Shown: positions 12,508 through 26,097 of the stretch, piece after piece | Layout: each line of letters begins with the position of its first letter | Position numbering within the stretch: position 1 is the first letter of the stretch | Source: Octopus sinensis | Taxonomy: Eukaryota | DNA: 64,000 bases | NCBI RefSeq assembly: GCF_006345805.1 | Contig: NC_043005.1 | Location: 9,610,001-9,674,000, forward strand | Reading direction: 5' to 3' | The notes under the pieces: model-generated | Told to the model about the DNA's origin: nothing | Database searches by the model: none | The model's input: only the letters and a program-made list of their open reading frames with translations | Program-made: the position numbers and the translations under genes

Positions 12508-12705
12508 CTTTAATCTTTTGCTTGTTTCCGGCATTTGACTGCGGCCATGCAAGAGCATCGCCTTTAGTCGAATAAATCAACCCCAGGAATTATTCTTTGT
12601 AAAGCTAGTACTTATTCTATCGAACTCTTAAGCCGAACCACTAAGTTACGGGACGTAAACACACCAACATCGGTTGTCAAGAGATGGCGGTAGGACAAAC
12701 ACATA
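12508..12705 (-). mobile_element. SINE family B, 3' half
   Basis: Matches the tail half of family B. Confidence 0.8.
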
Positions 12706-12737
12706 TACCTACCTAACAACAATATATATATATATAT

Positions 12738-12793
<56 letters not shown>

Positions 12794-12991
12794 ATATAAG
12801 TAATACTAAGCATTAAAGGGTTTAGCAACGAATTGCCTTACCACATTACCGAATTTAGAAATAGCAGTCAAAGAGTTATAGCTATTCTTCTACTAAAAAG
12901 GGAGATCTCAGTAAAAACAGCAATTGGAAGGCCGACACAAACAGGTAAGAGAGAATGAATTGACGGCAATCTATCATACAATTTTAAGTTA

Positions 12992-13104
12992 TCTACGGAC
13001 GTACGTTTCGAATCAAGTTTTTAGGAAAGCATAAGAATTAAATATTAAATATTAAATATTAAATAATTCTATCTCACCAAAACTTCTTTTCTCTTCAGCG
13101 TAGA
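12992..13104 (-). ncRNA. Type I hammerhead ribozyme motif, copy 1
   Basis: CUGAAGA (13098-13092), long stem II, GAAA (13009-13006), palindromic stem III ACGUACGU, GUC cleavage triplet (13000-12998), and a perfect 6-bp stem I UCUACG/CGUAGA. Confidence 0.8.
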
Positions 13105-13592
13105 ATACTATAATCATAAATGATATATATTGAATTTTGAGATACTAGAAGGCACCAACTCAACTCAGTATCAGAGCGAGCTAGAATCCGCAACTAGTAT
13201 CACCAAATTAAATGTTTGAATGAAAAGATTGTGTCACCAGCCCCTTCCCACCGCGTGTAGCCAAAACAAGATGCTGTGGTTATCTACTGAGATAAAATAT
13301 GGTTATTCCGTAATAATGAAGGGTGAAATTAATTAATTTGGAATAATTATCAATTACCAAGTAGTCTTCGGCATGTAAAGCCTCATTCGAGGAAAATTTA
13401 AGTAATACTAAGCAATAAAGGGTTTAGCAACGAATTGCCTTACCACATACCGAATTTAGAAATAGCAGTCAAAGAGTTATAGCTATTTCTTCTACTAAAA
13501 AGGGAGATCTCAGTAAAAACAGCAATGGAAGGCAGACACAAACAGGTAAGAGAGAATGAATTGACGGCAATCTATCATACAATTTTAAGTTA

Positions 13593-13707
13593 TCTACGGA
13601 CGTACGTTTCGAAATCAAGTTTTTAGGAAAGCATAAGAATTAAATATTAATATATTAAATATTAAATAATTCTATCTCACCAAAACTTCTTTTCTCTTCA
13701 GCGTGGA
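13593..13707 (-). ncRNA. Type I hammerhead ribozyme motif, copy 2
   Basis: Same core. Stem I is UCCACG/CGUAGA with one C-A mismatch. The predicted cut lies 601 nt from that of copy 1. Confidence 0.72.
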
Positions 13708-13993
13708 ATACTATAATCATAATGATTATATATTGAATTTTGAGATACTAGAAGGCACCAACTCAACTCAGTATCAGAGCGAGCTAGAATCCGCAACTAG
13801 TATCACCAAATTCAATGTTTGAATGAAAAGATTGTGTCACCAGCCCCTTCCCACCCGCGTGTAGCCAAAACAAGATGCTGTGGTTATCTACTGAGATAAA
13901 ATATGGTTATCCGTAATAATGAAGGGTGAAATTAATTAATTTGGAATAATTATCAATTACACCAAGTAGTCTTCGGCATATATATATATATAT

Positions 13994-14190
13994 AGGGAGA
14001 GTTTACGAAAAAAAACAACAAAAGACAAAGACATGGTGTACAAAACAAACAGATGTATTAGTATAACGCTTGGGAATTGAGAAAGTCTTTAACGTTTCGA
14101 GCCTACGCTTTTCTACAGAAAGGGACACAGAAAACAAGGAGAGAAACAAGGAGAGGAAAAAAAGGAGATAAAAAAAGGAGAGAGAAAAAA
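13994..14190. mobile_element. Dispersed family C copy
   Basis: GGAGAGTTTACGAAAA..AACAAACAGATGTATTAGTATAACGC..AACGTTTCGAGCCTACGC. Confidence 0.75.
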
Positions 14191-14210
14191 ATTATGTATA
14201 TATATATATA

Positions 14211-14374
14211 GGACGGGTTTCTTTCAGTTTCCGTTTACCAAATCCACTCACAAGGCTCTGGTCGGCCTGAGGCTATAGCAGATGACATTTGCCCAAGTTG
14301 CCACGCAGTGAGAATGAACCCGGAACCATGTGGTTGGGAAGCAAGTTTCTTACCACTCAGTCACGCCTGTGCCT
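14211..14374 (-). mobile_element. SINE family B, 5' half
   Basis: Reverse-complement head and CORE-like part. Confidence 0.82.
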
Positions 14375-14879
14375 GCGTAAATGTATTTACAGTAACTTCG
14401 AAATTTCAATTAAGTCATCATCGGATCGTTATAGATTCGAGTTTATTTTGACTTTATATAGCTTATTTTGAAATTGTCTGGGATCTGTAAAGCTTTTTTG
14501 AATGATAATTAGGTTGTTAGTTTATGATTGAAAGGTAGTATTGAAGGCTCTTACACATTAAATTTGGGATTGTTATTGTTCAGGATTCGGCCATGTGTGT
14601 AGAACACAGAATCCTGGTGTGTATGTTTAGCTGTATCACTTCAGGTTAAGAGTTTGTTTTTTCAGGGGTTCATAAACGATTGTAGATAAATGAGAAACGG
14701 TATGTCACTAGGTTTATTTAATTGTTGCTGGTTTTAATTGGATATATTGGGATATTTAATATTTTACTTTGTTTGGAAATGTGAAAGCTAAATGTGAAAG
14801 CTGAAGAAACTTTCAAACTGCTTACATTATTTTATGAACCCTTAAACATTCTATGACCTAAAAATTGATACAACTAAAT

Positions 14880-15229
14880 AAACACATTCTGTTGTATCTG
14901 GGGAGAGTCATTTTCTTTTTGTGCCTTATAATGTAACACACTCACAGGTAAAATTTTCACTTATTTCTTATTTTTATTTTCCTAAAATTTTCGTTGCGTC
15001 TTGCAACTTTTCAATCTTGCAACCTTGATTATCAAGGATCAAGATTGCAACCTTTTCAATCTTGCAACCTTGACTCTCAAGGGTCAAGACTATTGAAAAG
15101 GTTGCAAGACGCAACGAAAATTTTAGGAAAATACAAATAAGAAATAAGTGGAAATTTTATCGGTGAGTGTGTTACATTATAAGGCACAAAAAGAAAATGC
15201 CTCTCCCCAGACACAACAGAATATGCTTC
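14880..15229. mobile_element. Fold-back/MITE-like palindromic element
   Basis: ~135-bp inverted arms (14880-15016 vs 15092-15229) around a centre built from TTGCAACCTT repeats. Confidence 0.85.
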
Positions 15230-15829
15230 AACACACGAACTTATATAAAGTATCTTGCAAACCAAATCCAAAAACGAAATAAATAAACACACCTAATTAC
15301 AACGTTTTAAATACTGAACTGGAGTCTGAATTGTTGACCATTGTCTGTTTTCTGTAAGCCAGTCTGATAATAAAATAGTTACGTATTTTCTATTTCTTAA
15401 AAAGAGGGATTTACGGACTACATTTTACCGAGCGTCTAAAAGCTCGCGTGAGGTAGGGCTAAAGTGTCCTTAAACCTGAGGCCTGGCCTGAATACTCGAA
15501 AATCTGCAAAAGATAAGGTGATAGGTGATGGTGTCATGCATTAGCAAAAGACAAAGCTTTACTCTCTCACTTCTAAGAAGTGATTTCTGATTTGTGTAAT
15601 ATTCTAAATTACACTAAATGTTCTAATAAATCTACCATAATATTTATCTAAATTAATGTGCACCAAAATACAGAGTGGATGAATAAAACTGTAAATGATG
15701 AATAAAATTGTCGATGAATAAGACAATACGAACTGAACGGGATGTCGTCTATCTAGACACAGTGGGAGTTACCAGAGCAATCAACCCATTCCTTACACAA
15801 GTAAAACACTTTTAGCTTCATACAAAAAA

Positions 15830-16281
15830 GGGATCTTTTCGGTTTGAACAGCAGTTTTTTCTAGCGGTGTCATATGAAATTGTCACCCATAATTATGACC
15901 CTAGTATCGATCTATTGCATTTCAATCTGTTTTAGGGTTAGGGTTAGTTAGGGTTATTTGGGTTAGGGTTTATGTTAGTGGTGGGGAGAAGGGTATCTTT
16001 TTTTCTTCACAAATGTAAATAAACCCAATCTATTTCTTAAACGAGGGACATATTCATACGGCACAGAATGATTTTTTTTTACCTCAATAGACGTCATTGA
16101 TCGGTTGAAATTTCAGAAATTGAAGAAAAAACAACAAATATCTTACAAACTATAGAATTTTCTCAATAAAGCCAAAAGAAAAAGATGTTTTATAAACACA
16201 TTCTACCAGTATACGAAGTTTAAAATTTTTAAGTTAACTAGAAATTATGTTAAAAACTGCCGTTCAAACCGAAAGGATCCC
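15830..16281. mobile_element. TIR element (~30-bp TIRs, GGGATC...) carrying a degenerate (TTAGGG)n tract at 15932-15970
   Basis: GGGATCTTTTCGGTTTGAACAGCAGTTTTT vs AAAAACTGCCGTTCAAACCGAAAGGATCCC. Confidence 0.75.
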
Positions 16282-17007
16282 AGAAAAGAAATACAGATGT
16301 TGAAACATTCATGCCTTTCTTAAGACAGCAAATGATATAATTCAAGCGAAATTTCTCAAAGCAAATTCTAAAATTCCCTCCATTTGTAAACTGATTATTT
16401 GTCTCTAAATCGCTTCCTAACAATAAAAAGATATAAATAGCAAGCTGATGTATAAATTGCATTATAAATTATAGGTTAAAGGTTATATTTAGAGTCAATA
16501 GTTTGGTAGTAATCACATCTCGGCTTGATGTTATTTGATTTTTCGTTACAGGCAACTCTATTAAATGTTTCCTCCTCCTCAAGAGGTTGTTTTTTTTAAT
16601 CGATAGTTTAACAATATATAGAGTTGCTGCTTTTTTTCATGAGGTTAGTCAATATGGAATGAACTTTTGTTGAAACATAATAGATTTCTCTCGTCTCGAG
16701 CAATTCTGCTATATTCAAATATCGACGAAGAGCAGCACGTTATTGTGAGAATGTGTATTGCGACTATTAAACATATACTGTGAGGCTGCATCTCTTTTGA
16801 AAACATACACAGACATTCGATAATTAATACGATATGTATGCGTCAAGAATGAAGACAAGATGCCATCTCAAGAGAATAGAAGATATAATATAGATAGCTC
16901 ACAAATACCAGACACAAACAAACATATATTCCTATATGTGTGTATGTATTTATATACATACATACACTCATAAACACATACACACAGACATAATGCATAT
17001 GTATATA

Positions 17008-17045
<38 letters not shown>

Positions 17046-17128
17046 GTGTATATATTTGTATATGCATAGATATTTACACTTACAAACGCACACACTCACA
17101 CACATACACGCCCATATATATATCATAC

Positions 17129-17161
<33 letters not shown>

Positions 17162-17181
17162 CATATATATATATATATATG

Positions 17182-17281
<100 letters not shown>

Positions 17282-17806
17282 GTATATAATATATATTTAT
17301 ATTTTGCTCATGAGATATGCTTCAGCATGAAATGTCAGTCGAGTACAGGGCTGTAATAAGAATTTGGACATAAACTGCACTTTATGTTTGAAGCTCCGAT
17401 GAAGCCATACCGTGATGCTTAAGCACCCTATTAATTGTTCGTTGCACCTTATGCTGATGGTGTTCAAAACATAATTGTTTATATCCTTTGTCATCCCATG
17501 TGTGTGTGTGTGTGCGTGCGTGTGTGTTTGTGTATGTGTGTGTGAGTGTGTGTAAATATATAATTATATATATATATATATGTCTGTGTGTATATGTTAT
17601 ATATGTGTATGTATGTGTATTTACTTTCTTATTGCTGATGTTTCGAGCACAGGCACAAATGTGATTAGTTTCCAAATATATTGTACTTCATATTCGAAGC
17701 TATAAGGTGCTTTCAGATACTCAAATATGAGTCCGCTGTCACTTACAGCTGTAAGCTAATGAAGTTCATAAGATAATCACTTATTCCTTTGTCATCTGTC
17801 TTTCTT

Positions 17807-17845
<39 letters not shown>

Positions 17846-18086
17846 GGAGGCGCAATGGGCCAGTGGTTAGGGCAGCGGACTCGCGGTCGTAGGATCGCGG
17901 TTTCGATTCCCAAACCAGGCGTTGTGAGTGTTTATTGAGTGAAAACACCTATACGCTCCACTCTTTCACCACTCTTTCTTCTGTTGGCCTGCTCGCTTAG
18001 CTCGAAGGCTAAAACAATGCGAACGCATTGTGACCAGCAATGTGTAATTACATCTGATGGACTGGTCGGTCACGTGATCACGTGAT
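17846..18086 (+). mobile_element. SINE family A, tail type A1, internally deleted
   Basis: Same head and (CACGTGAT)n tail as 1786-2090. Confidence 0.88.
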
Positions 18087-18345
18087 ATATATGTATATAT
18101 ATATATATATATACCCCCCCACACACACACACATAGAAAGAGGAATCACAGGTTGGTTAGCCACGTATGGAATTTGAAAAACAAAGAAACATGTGAAAAA
18201 TTAATTGAGAAATCCATAACTTCTGTTAATGAATCGAATAAATGTAAACTTTCTTTAGCGGAAAGAGTGCAGATCCTGTTCCGATTTAAGATACCTAACT
18301 CTCTACTGAACTCTAGGTCAGATATTTTCGGTAGTTGCAAGCATA

Positions 18346-18740
18346 TAGGCGCAGGAGTGGCTGTGTGGTAAGTAGATTGCTTACCAACCAAATGGTTCCG
18401 AGTTCAGTCCCACTGCGTGGTATCTTGGGCAAGTGTCTTCTGCTATAGCCCCGGGCCGACCAATGCCTTATGAGTGGATTTGGTAGACGGAAACTGAAAG
18501 AAGCCTGTCGTATATATGTATATATATATATATATAAGTGTGTGTGTATATGCTTGTGTGTCTGTGTTTGCCCCCCTAGCATTGCTTGACAACCGATGCT
18601 GGTGTGTTTACGTCCCCGTCACTTAGCGGTTCGGCAACAGAGACCGATAGAATAAGTCCCGGGGTCGATTTGCTCGACTAAAGGCGGTGCTCCAGCATGG
18701 CCGCAGTCAAATGACTCAAACAAGTAAAAGAGAGTAAGAG
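18346..18740 (+). mobile_element. SINE family B, full length
   Basis: Runs from the head TAGGCGCAGGAGTGGCTGTGTGGTAAG to the AAAAGAG tail. Confidence 0.9.
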
Positions 18741-19084
18741 TATATGTATAAATATAATCTGAAGAACTGGAAGATTTCGACTACTCCTGACTGATTCGTT
18801 GATACCTTTTCAGCTTTCTAAATTAAGGTCTAAGGAGGTTAACTCTTTTACCTTTTACGTTTTACTTATTACGTTTTTGTGATTTCGCTTTCCGCTTTCT
18901 ACTTTCTGCGTTTTCTATATACTGCCTTCTCTGTTTTTTTTGGGTTTTTTTTTCGTTTTTGCGTTTCTTCTATTTTTTCAGCTTATTTCGTTGTGATATG
19001 TGGTTTGTGCCTGTAGATTATGTTTCAATATCTCTCAACATATGGAACTACTAGTTTTAATAATTAAATAAATAATAGTGGTGG

Positions 19085-19116
<32 letters not shown>

Positions 19117-19169
19117 GTGATGATAATAAGATTAGTAATAACAATAATAATAATAATAATAATAATAAC

Positions 19170-19227
<58 letters not shown>

Positions 19228-19356
19228 TAATAATAAATGTATATATATATATATATGCGTGTATATATAAATGTGTGTGTGAGTATGTATGTATGTATAT
19301 AATTAATATAAATATATATATGCGTGTATATATAAATGTGTGTTTGAGTATGTAAG

Positions 19357-19414
<58 letters not shown>

Positions 19415-19725
19415 TATATATGTGTGTATATATAAATGTGTGTGTGAGTATGTATGTATGTATGTATATCATATTTACATATATAATATATATATATGCG
19501 TGTATATATAAATGTGTGTGTGAGTATGTAAATATGTATGTATATATATATATATATAAATATATATATGTGTGTATATATAAATGTGTGTGTGAGTATG
19601 TATGTATGTATGTATATATATATTTACATATATATATATATGTGTGTGTGTATATATAAATGTGTGTGTGAGTTTGTAAGTATGTATATATGTATGTATG
19701 TATGTATATATATATATATATATAC
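19085..19725. repeat. (TGA)n/(TAA)n followed by a ~60-bp-unit compound minisatellite
   Basis: The unit ...GTGTATATATAAATGTGTGTGTGAGTATGT... recurs about 6 times; it explains ORF 19035-19727. Confidence 0.9.
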
Positions 19726-20959
19726 ACACTAGCCTAAGTACACGAGGTTGCTCGGAAGTTTGAAGAATGTTGAAGGAAATATATATATATTTATTCTGAT
19801 AAAAAAAGATATTTTCAGGAAATTTCTATCAGATATCGTGACTATATACAAAGTTATCGAAACAAATCTTGAAATAAATCAGTGTTTAATTTTGTAGAAC
19901 TTCTAAATATACAATGTTTTCAGTGTGTCCTTTAATTGGTGTTCAAAGAATAAGAATTTTGGGACTTCCAACTCGTGAATATCCTACATGTAATTGCCCA
20001 TGAGAAAAATAAGAAGCAAGGTGAAGTCCAACAACGTTGAGTGATTTGTTTATGGACATAGCAAAGTTTAGTTCCACTGGGAACTGGAGCCGTTTAAATT
20101 CAAGGGGAAAGTCAGGTGCGATTAATGGGGCTCACGGAATGAAGACCCTGTCACCCTTATATTTTCCAAGAGAAATTAATTTTAGCGGTAAGGACTAAAC
20201 CTCTTCTTTCATTATCACAATTAAAAAGCAGTTATCTTTACTTTAAAATACAAAGAGGGTATCGTAGACGTATGACGAAGAATTATTCAATATTGTGTTT
20301 GCTTCTATCAGGATCGTTTACGTTTATGGCGAAAAGAGAAAACCCACGTATACAACAGGTATGCAGATTCCCGCTGGAACCTTCCCCGAGTAATGAAAAA
20401 CTTTCATGCAAAATTTGGTACAAATTGATCTAGTGGTTTGGCCGTACCACTCACTAAAAGAAAGATGCGAGAAAAACTAAATAAAAAATACAGTTACGCT
20501 ATCACTATTTCCCCATTCTGTCTGTCTGTCTCTCTCTCTGTCTCTGTCTCTGTCTCTCTGTCTCTCTCTTTCTCTCTCTCTCTCTCAGGTAGCAAGTCAG
20601 GCCTTCTCTTTCTCTGAAAACACCACTCTCTGTGTCTCTTTCTATCTCTCTGCCTGTCACACACACATACACACACACACCAACACACCTCTTTCTCTTA
20701 CACTCTCTCACACAACTTTTGTTCTTTCTTCTTTCTCTTTGGCTATCACTCTCTGACTCTCTCTCTCTCTCACCCACACAATTAGCACATACTTTCTGTC
20801 TCGCACCCCCCCTACCAACACATACACATTTCCATGTCCATTTCCTCTGTCTTTCACCTTACGTTGACTTCAAATAAAATACATTTCAAAAGTGAAACTA
20901 TAGCGTTATGTGATGTGAAACTATTATACCGCTGAAAAAAAAATCGGAAGGGTTGTACA

Positions 20960-21180
20960 GGGGGGACTACAGCCCCCGATATGGGCAAGGGTCAAAATTT
21001 GACCCCTCCTCCAGAAAATTCCCCGAGTAAGGGAAACCTAGCCAAATTTGGTACAGATTGGTCCAGCGGTTTGGCTGTGCATAGAGGAAACACACACACA
21101 CACACGCGCGCGTACATGCATACACCACACACACACACACACATACACACGCATAGAGAGGTTTTTTATATATATAGATA
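20960..21180 (-). mobile_element. Probable 5' end of another Helitron family; related relic at ~20360-20450
   Basis: The minus strand starts TCTATATATATAAAA followed by (TG)n. TTCCCCGAGTAA..AAATTTGGTACA occurs at both loci. Confidence 0.4.
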
Positions 21181-21935
21181 TATAAATGAGTAACGGCAGA
21201 GGTACTGGTTTCAATGCAGTACACCCGTTTCTAACGACTCCTTTAATTGATTAATGGAAATATTGCATCATTGTAAAGAGACCGTTTTCGTCAGATGAAT
21301 TCATGAACTTCAAAATAAAGGACATTCAGAAGGATTTAACATACTTTAAAATCCAGAGCAAAAACATTTACAGGGATTCTCCTACTATTTCAGTTGGCAG
21401 AATGGATTCTTCAGAATATATTTAGTCAGACCAGAGAAATTTAAGTGTTAGTAAAGTTTTTAGAGGGGGAACGCCTAATTGACTCCAGTGATCCAGACAT
21501 CTATACTTCTAATAAGAAAGGAGAGCGTCGCTCCAATAACCTAGATTTATTTATTTAGAAGTTGTTTAATGCTTGCTGGTCAAAATGAAATGTGTTCAGG
21601 TCAACCTACTAAATTATCAAAGTCGTATGATTTGGAACCAATAGACAGGCAAATCGGCAAGGCAGAGGGTAGTAATAAGGAATTGAGGGATGAGAAAGGG
21701 ATGATAAGGAGAAAGAAAAACGAAACTTGGCCCAAACGTTATTAATTACCGTATTAGTAGAGGAAGACTTTGAAATATATGGAATATGGGTTTTTATAGG
21801 CAAACCCTAAACTAGGAGTGGGAAACTTTGCTTGAGAATAGAAGGGCCTTATGTAACAAATTTTATGTTTATTTAGTATTGTTGTGTGTATGTTATTCTC
21901 ACCTAGCGAGGTTCCTTGATTTAAGTTTATTTGTT

Positions 21936-22428
21936 CATCATCATCATTGTTCGACCGTGGTCGAGACAATGGAATTTACTGTGTTATGCCAGACTTCACG
22001 GTCCATCATAGCATTACGGAAATCCTGTAGCTGGATGCCTGTATCCATGGAGATTACACCAGGTTAGGAGAGTGTGCGCCCTCTGGTATCGCGAGCAGAT
22101 GGCTTCCAAAGGAGAAGAGTAGAAGTTCCCTCGTTTTCAGCTCTACAACAATGTCCAGCAAACTGGACTCTTCTACTTTTCACATGAGATGATACAGGTG
22201 GTAATTTCCCATATATTTGCATTTTGGTTGGATGACGCTTCCACGAGAGATTTTGAGCTCTCATAAGAAGGCGAGTGTAAGTTCCATCCAACCGCCTCTC
22301 AAGCTTCTTTGATAACGTCCAAGTTTCTGAGCCATATAGTAGAATTGGTTCGACTGTGGCTTTGAAGATTTTAAGTTTGAAATCTCTACTTAGATTTGAT
22401 GACCAGATCTTATCCATATCATTGCATT
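21936..22428 (-). pseudogene. 5'-truncated RTE-clade LINE with a (GAT)n tail
   Basis: ORF 22064-22417: KIFKATVEPILLYGSETWTL...RRVQFAGHC, a typical RTE C-terminus. Confidence 0.88.
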
Positions 22429-22479
22429 GTTTGTTACTTTAGCTGCCTATTTATTTTCCTTTTACGGGTTTTCCTTTTA

Positions 22480-22612
22480 CAGGCTTCAGTAATTTGACTG
22501 CGGCCATGCTAGAGCACTGCCTTTAGGCGAACAAATCGACGGCAGGACTTGTACTTTGTAAGCCCAGTAATTATTCAATCGGGCTTTTTTCTCGAACTGC
22601 TGGCTGACGGGG
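22480..22612 (-). mobile_element. SINE family B, tail fragment
   Basis: TTTGACTGCGGCCATGCTAGAGCACTGCCTTTA. Confidence 0.75.
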
Positions 22613-22649
22613 ACATGGGAACCTAAGGAAGGGGAACAAACCAGAGAGA

Positions 22650-23300
22650 TTTTTGCAGTAGCACAAACTGTTTTCCATATCGAATAATGAAGCCAAGTCC
22701 TGGTTTCGTGTCCTGAAACTAGTGATCCTTACATCTGCCTTGACCAGGTTTCACTGTTTAATCCTGGATGTCAGGAGCTCTGATTGCTGCTTAAATCGAT
22801 ACAAATCATGGGTAAAGTCACTCAGGTGTTCCTGCTTGATCCAGTGGGGCTCATTGAAACTTGATCCTGAATAAACAGGGACATTGTCATCAGAAGAGAT
22901 CGTCTTGGCAGAATCTTCCCCTGAAGAGATTTCTTCATCGTATGAAGGCAGAAGTTCCTTATTTGCTGGATGTGTAGGGACAGGGAGATCATCTAAGTGG
23001 CAAAGAAGTCTCATAGCTGGGATATTTGAGCTTCTTTCTAGAAGAAGCATTGAAACCTATCATATTTGTTAGACAAAACTAACAATCATGTGCATGGCTT
23101 CATAGTTCTCTCCAGACCATCGGGACAGCAAAGTTGAAGGCTGCTTTCTTTGTAAACCTGTGTAATTGGTGCACTTGAGTCTGCGAACAAATGCGTAATT
23201 GACAATATGTATAAGCTAGAATATTCAGAACAAGAAATCCACCAATTATCTCGCCCGTTATACATACGACAGTAAAAAATATGCATGATTTTCTCAATTC
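22650..23300 (-). pseudogene. DNA-transposon transposase relic, N-terminal part (Chapaev3/CMC-like; assignment inferred)
   Basis: Minus strand reads FAVPMVWRE...HDC.FCLTNMIGF...DDLPVP...EPHWIKQ..KQQSELLTSRIKQ*NLVKADVRITSFRTRN. Confidence 0.65.
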
Positions 23301-23481
23301 TAAATGTGACTTTGTTTCTTTTATCTACATTCCAACAATGGAATTTTGCCGCTTTGTTTTACACAGTAGGTTATTCCTCAGAGGAAGAGTTTGAATAATT
23401 AAAAGCAGAAGAGAATATACAAGCTTACACACAAACCTACACACATACATGCATACATGTGAATATGTGTGTGTGATGTGC

Positions 23482-23518
<37 letters not shown>

Positions 23519-24253
23519 GAGGGGGGTAGTTCACAGGTGATCTAAACGATTAGGTACGCTAGGTAAGTGTTGTAATGGATTACTAGGGCTGCAGGGTTAT
23601 AGCCAAGACGGTAGTTAATGGAGCCATTTCAGATTTCCGATATAGCGGACATATAATTGTCAAAGAAGAAAAAAAACCTTAAGGCAAGGGAGACATCTCA
23701 AGTCATATACATTATTATTATTATTATTATTATTGGGAAAAGAAATTCAAAGTTTTACAGCTGTTTCTGCGGTATCCCAGAGCATGGGATATTCCGACAT
23801 CGGAGACAAATAGGGAAAATGAGAAGAGTATAGATTAACGAAATTACGGCATAAAGAACAAGAGTAAAGGAATAAGGGGATGGAGAAACAGAATAAAAAT
23901 GAAGCATAAGAGTTCACAGTTTAACTTTACGATCTTGTAGAAATAAGTTCGTAAGTTCTTATGCGTAATTCTGCGTAAATGTAGGTTAAAGTCCTGATAT
24001 TATAAACATCCATAAAAAAGACACGAACGTATCAACGTTCAATAACAGAATGCTAGCGGAAGTGGATATTAAGTGGTAAAATGAAAGAAAAGTAAATGTA
24101 TAGAAAGAAAGATAGATAGATAGAGTGAGTAGGGAAGTTAAAGATTGGCGTTAAGGATAACGTATGGTATATTTAATATAACGTTTGTTGTGCTCTTTAA
24201 CAATTACACACACATACACACACACACACACACATACACACACAGACAGACAG

Positions 24254-24308
<55 letters not shown>

Positions 24309-24399
24309 CAGACAGACAGAGACAGAGAGACAGAGAGACAGAGAGAGATACAGTAGTACCTCGGTTTTCAAACAACTCTGATATCGAATAAATCACGCT

Positions 24400-24403
24400 T
24401 TAT

Positions 24404-24479
<76 letters not shown>

Positions 24480-24557
24480 TATGTATATATGTATATATAT
24501 ATATATATTATATATATGTATATATGTGTTATATATATATATATGTATATATATATG

Positions 24558-24590
<33 letters not shown>

Positions 24591-24660
24591 GTATATATAT
24601 ATGTATATATATATATATATTTATGTATGTATGTATGTATGTATGTATGTACACACACAA
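24400..24660. repeat. Long (TA)n/(TATG)n microsatellite
   Basis: Seen directly. Confidence 0.95.
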
Positions 24661-25529
24661 GCACATACATGTATACCTTAGTGTGTGTGTGTGTAATACA
24701 GACTCGTGCCTATTGAACTTATATATGTATCGTTGGCTCTGATTTTACCTCCTAAGAGCTGTTTTCAGCGTGAAATAAGAGGTTGCACCAACGTACTTTA
24801 TTATATATGATCAAACAGACTCCAAACTTGTCTGCTTGATTCAGGAAGACTATTATTATTTGGGGAAAACGAATAAAAAGAGGACATTGAACTTGCCGTG
24901 CGGAGTGAACATTTCTGCTGTCTTTCATTAAATTCTCTCTTGTCAATTTTTCCCTGCATAAGGACTCTGTTCGGATTTTCCATTCTTCAAATCAAGTTCA
25001 ACGTACCATTTTTATCGATTGTATTTATACAACTAAATACAATATATTGTTAGCTGGAAGTTTTATTTCATGTTTTCACTCGACAAAATTCATCCTTTTT
25101 GATTACTATATATATATGCATCTACGTAATCAAAACTCTACACAATATTTACGATAAATTTTAAATAATATTATCAAAAATTTCGATTTCAAAATATCTT
25201 ATTAAAAAGCAAATTCCACCATATTTTCCCTTTTAACCATCGTATTTACTTAAATACCACAGCTCCACCTTTACAACTGTTGTTCACTCTCATTTACTGT
25301 CTCCATCTTAAAACTTATATTCCTTTCTCTGACAATTCAACCCTCTCGTGTAATTTTTCGCTGTCGAACCAAGATTGTTACAACATATCAATATACTTAC
25401 ATGAACACTATTGCAACGAACACATAGACATATGCATTTATATATGTATATATAGATGCATATACGTTGTAAATACATGCTAAATGCACATATACGAACG
25501 ACGAATGCAACCAATGCAATCAACGCATA

Positions 25530-26097
<568 letters not shown>

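Larger units (their letters stand above)
12797..13979 (-). repeat. Head-to-tail tandem of a ~602-bp unit (two copies) between (TA)n tracts; Penelope/retrozyme-like
   Basis: 12797-13398 is repeated at 13399-13979 and the copies are near-identical, differing mostly by 1-nt indels. Each unit carries a hammerhead motif. Confidence 0.92.

Noticed and set aside
13355-13395. Possible second hammerhead at the tandem junction (minus strand, CUCGAAUGA-GGC..GCC-GAAG)
   Set aside because: Stem II is plausible, but both core strands are non-canonical and there is no stem I.
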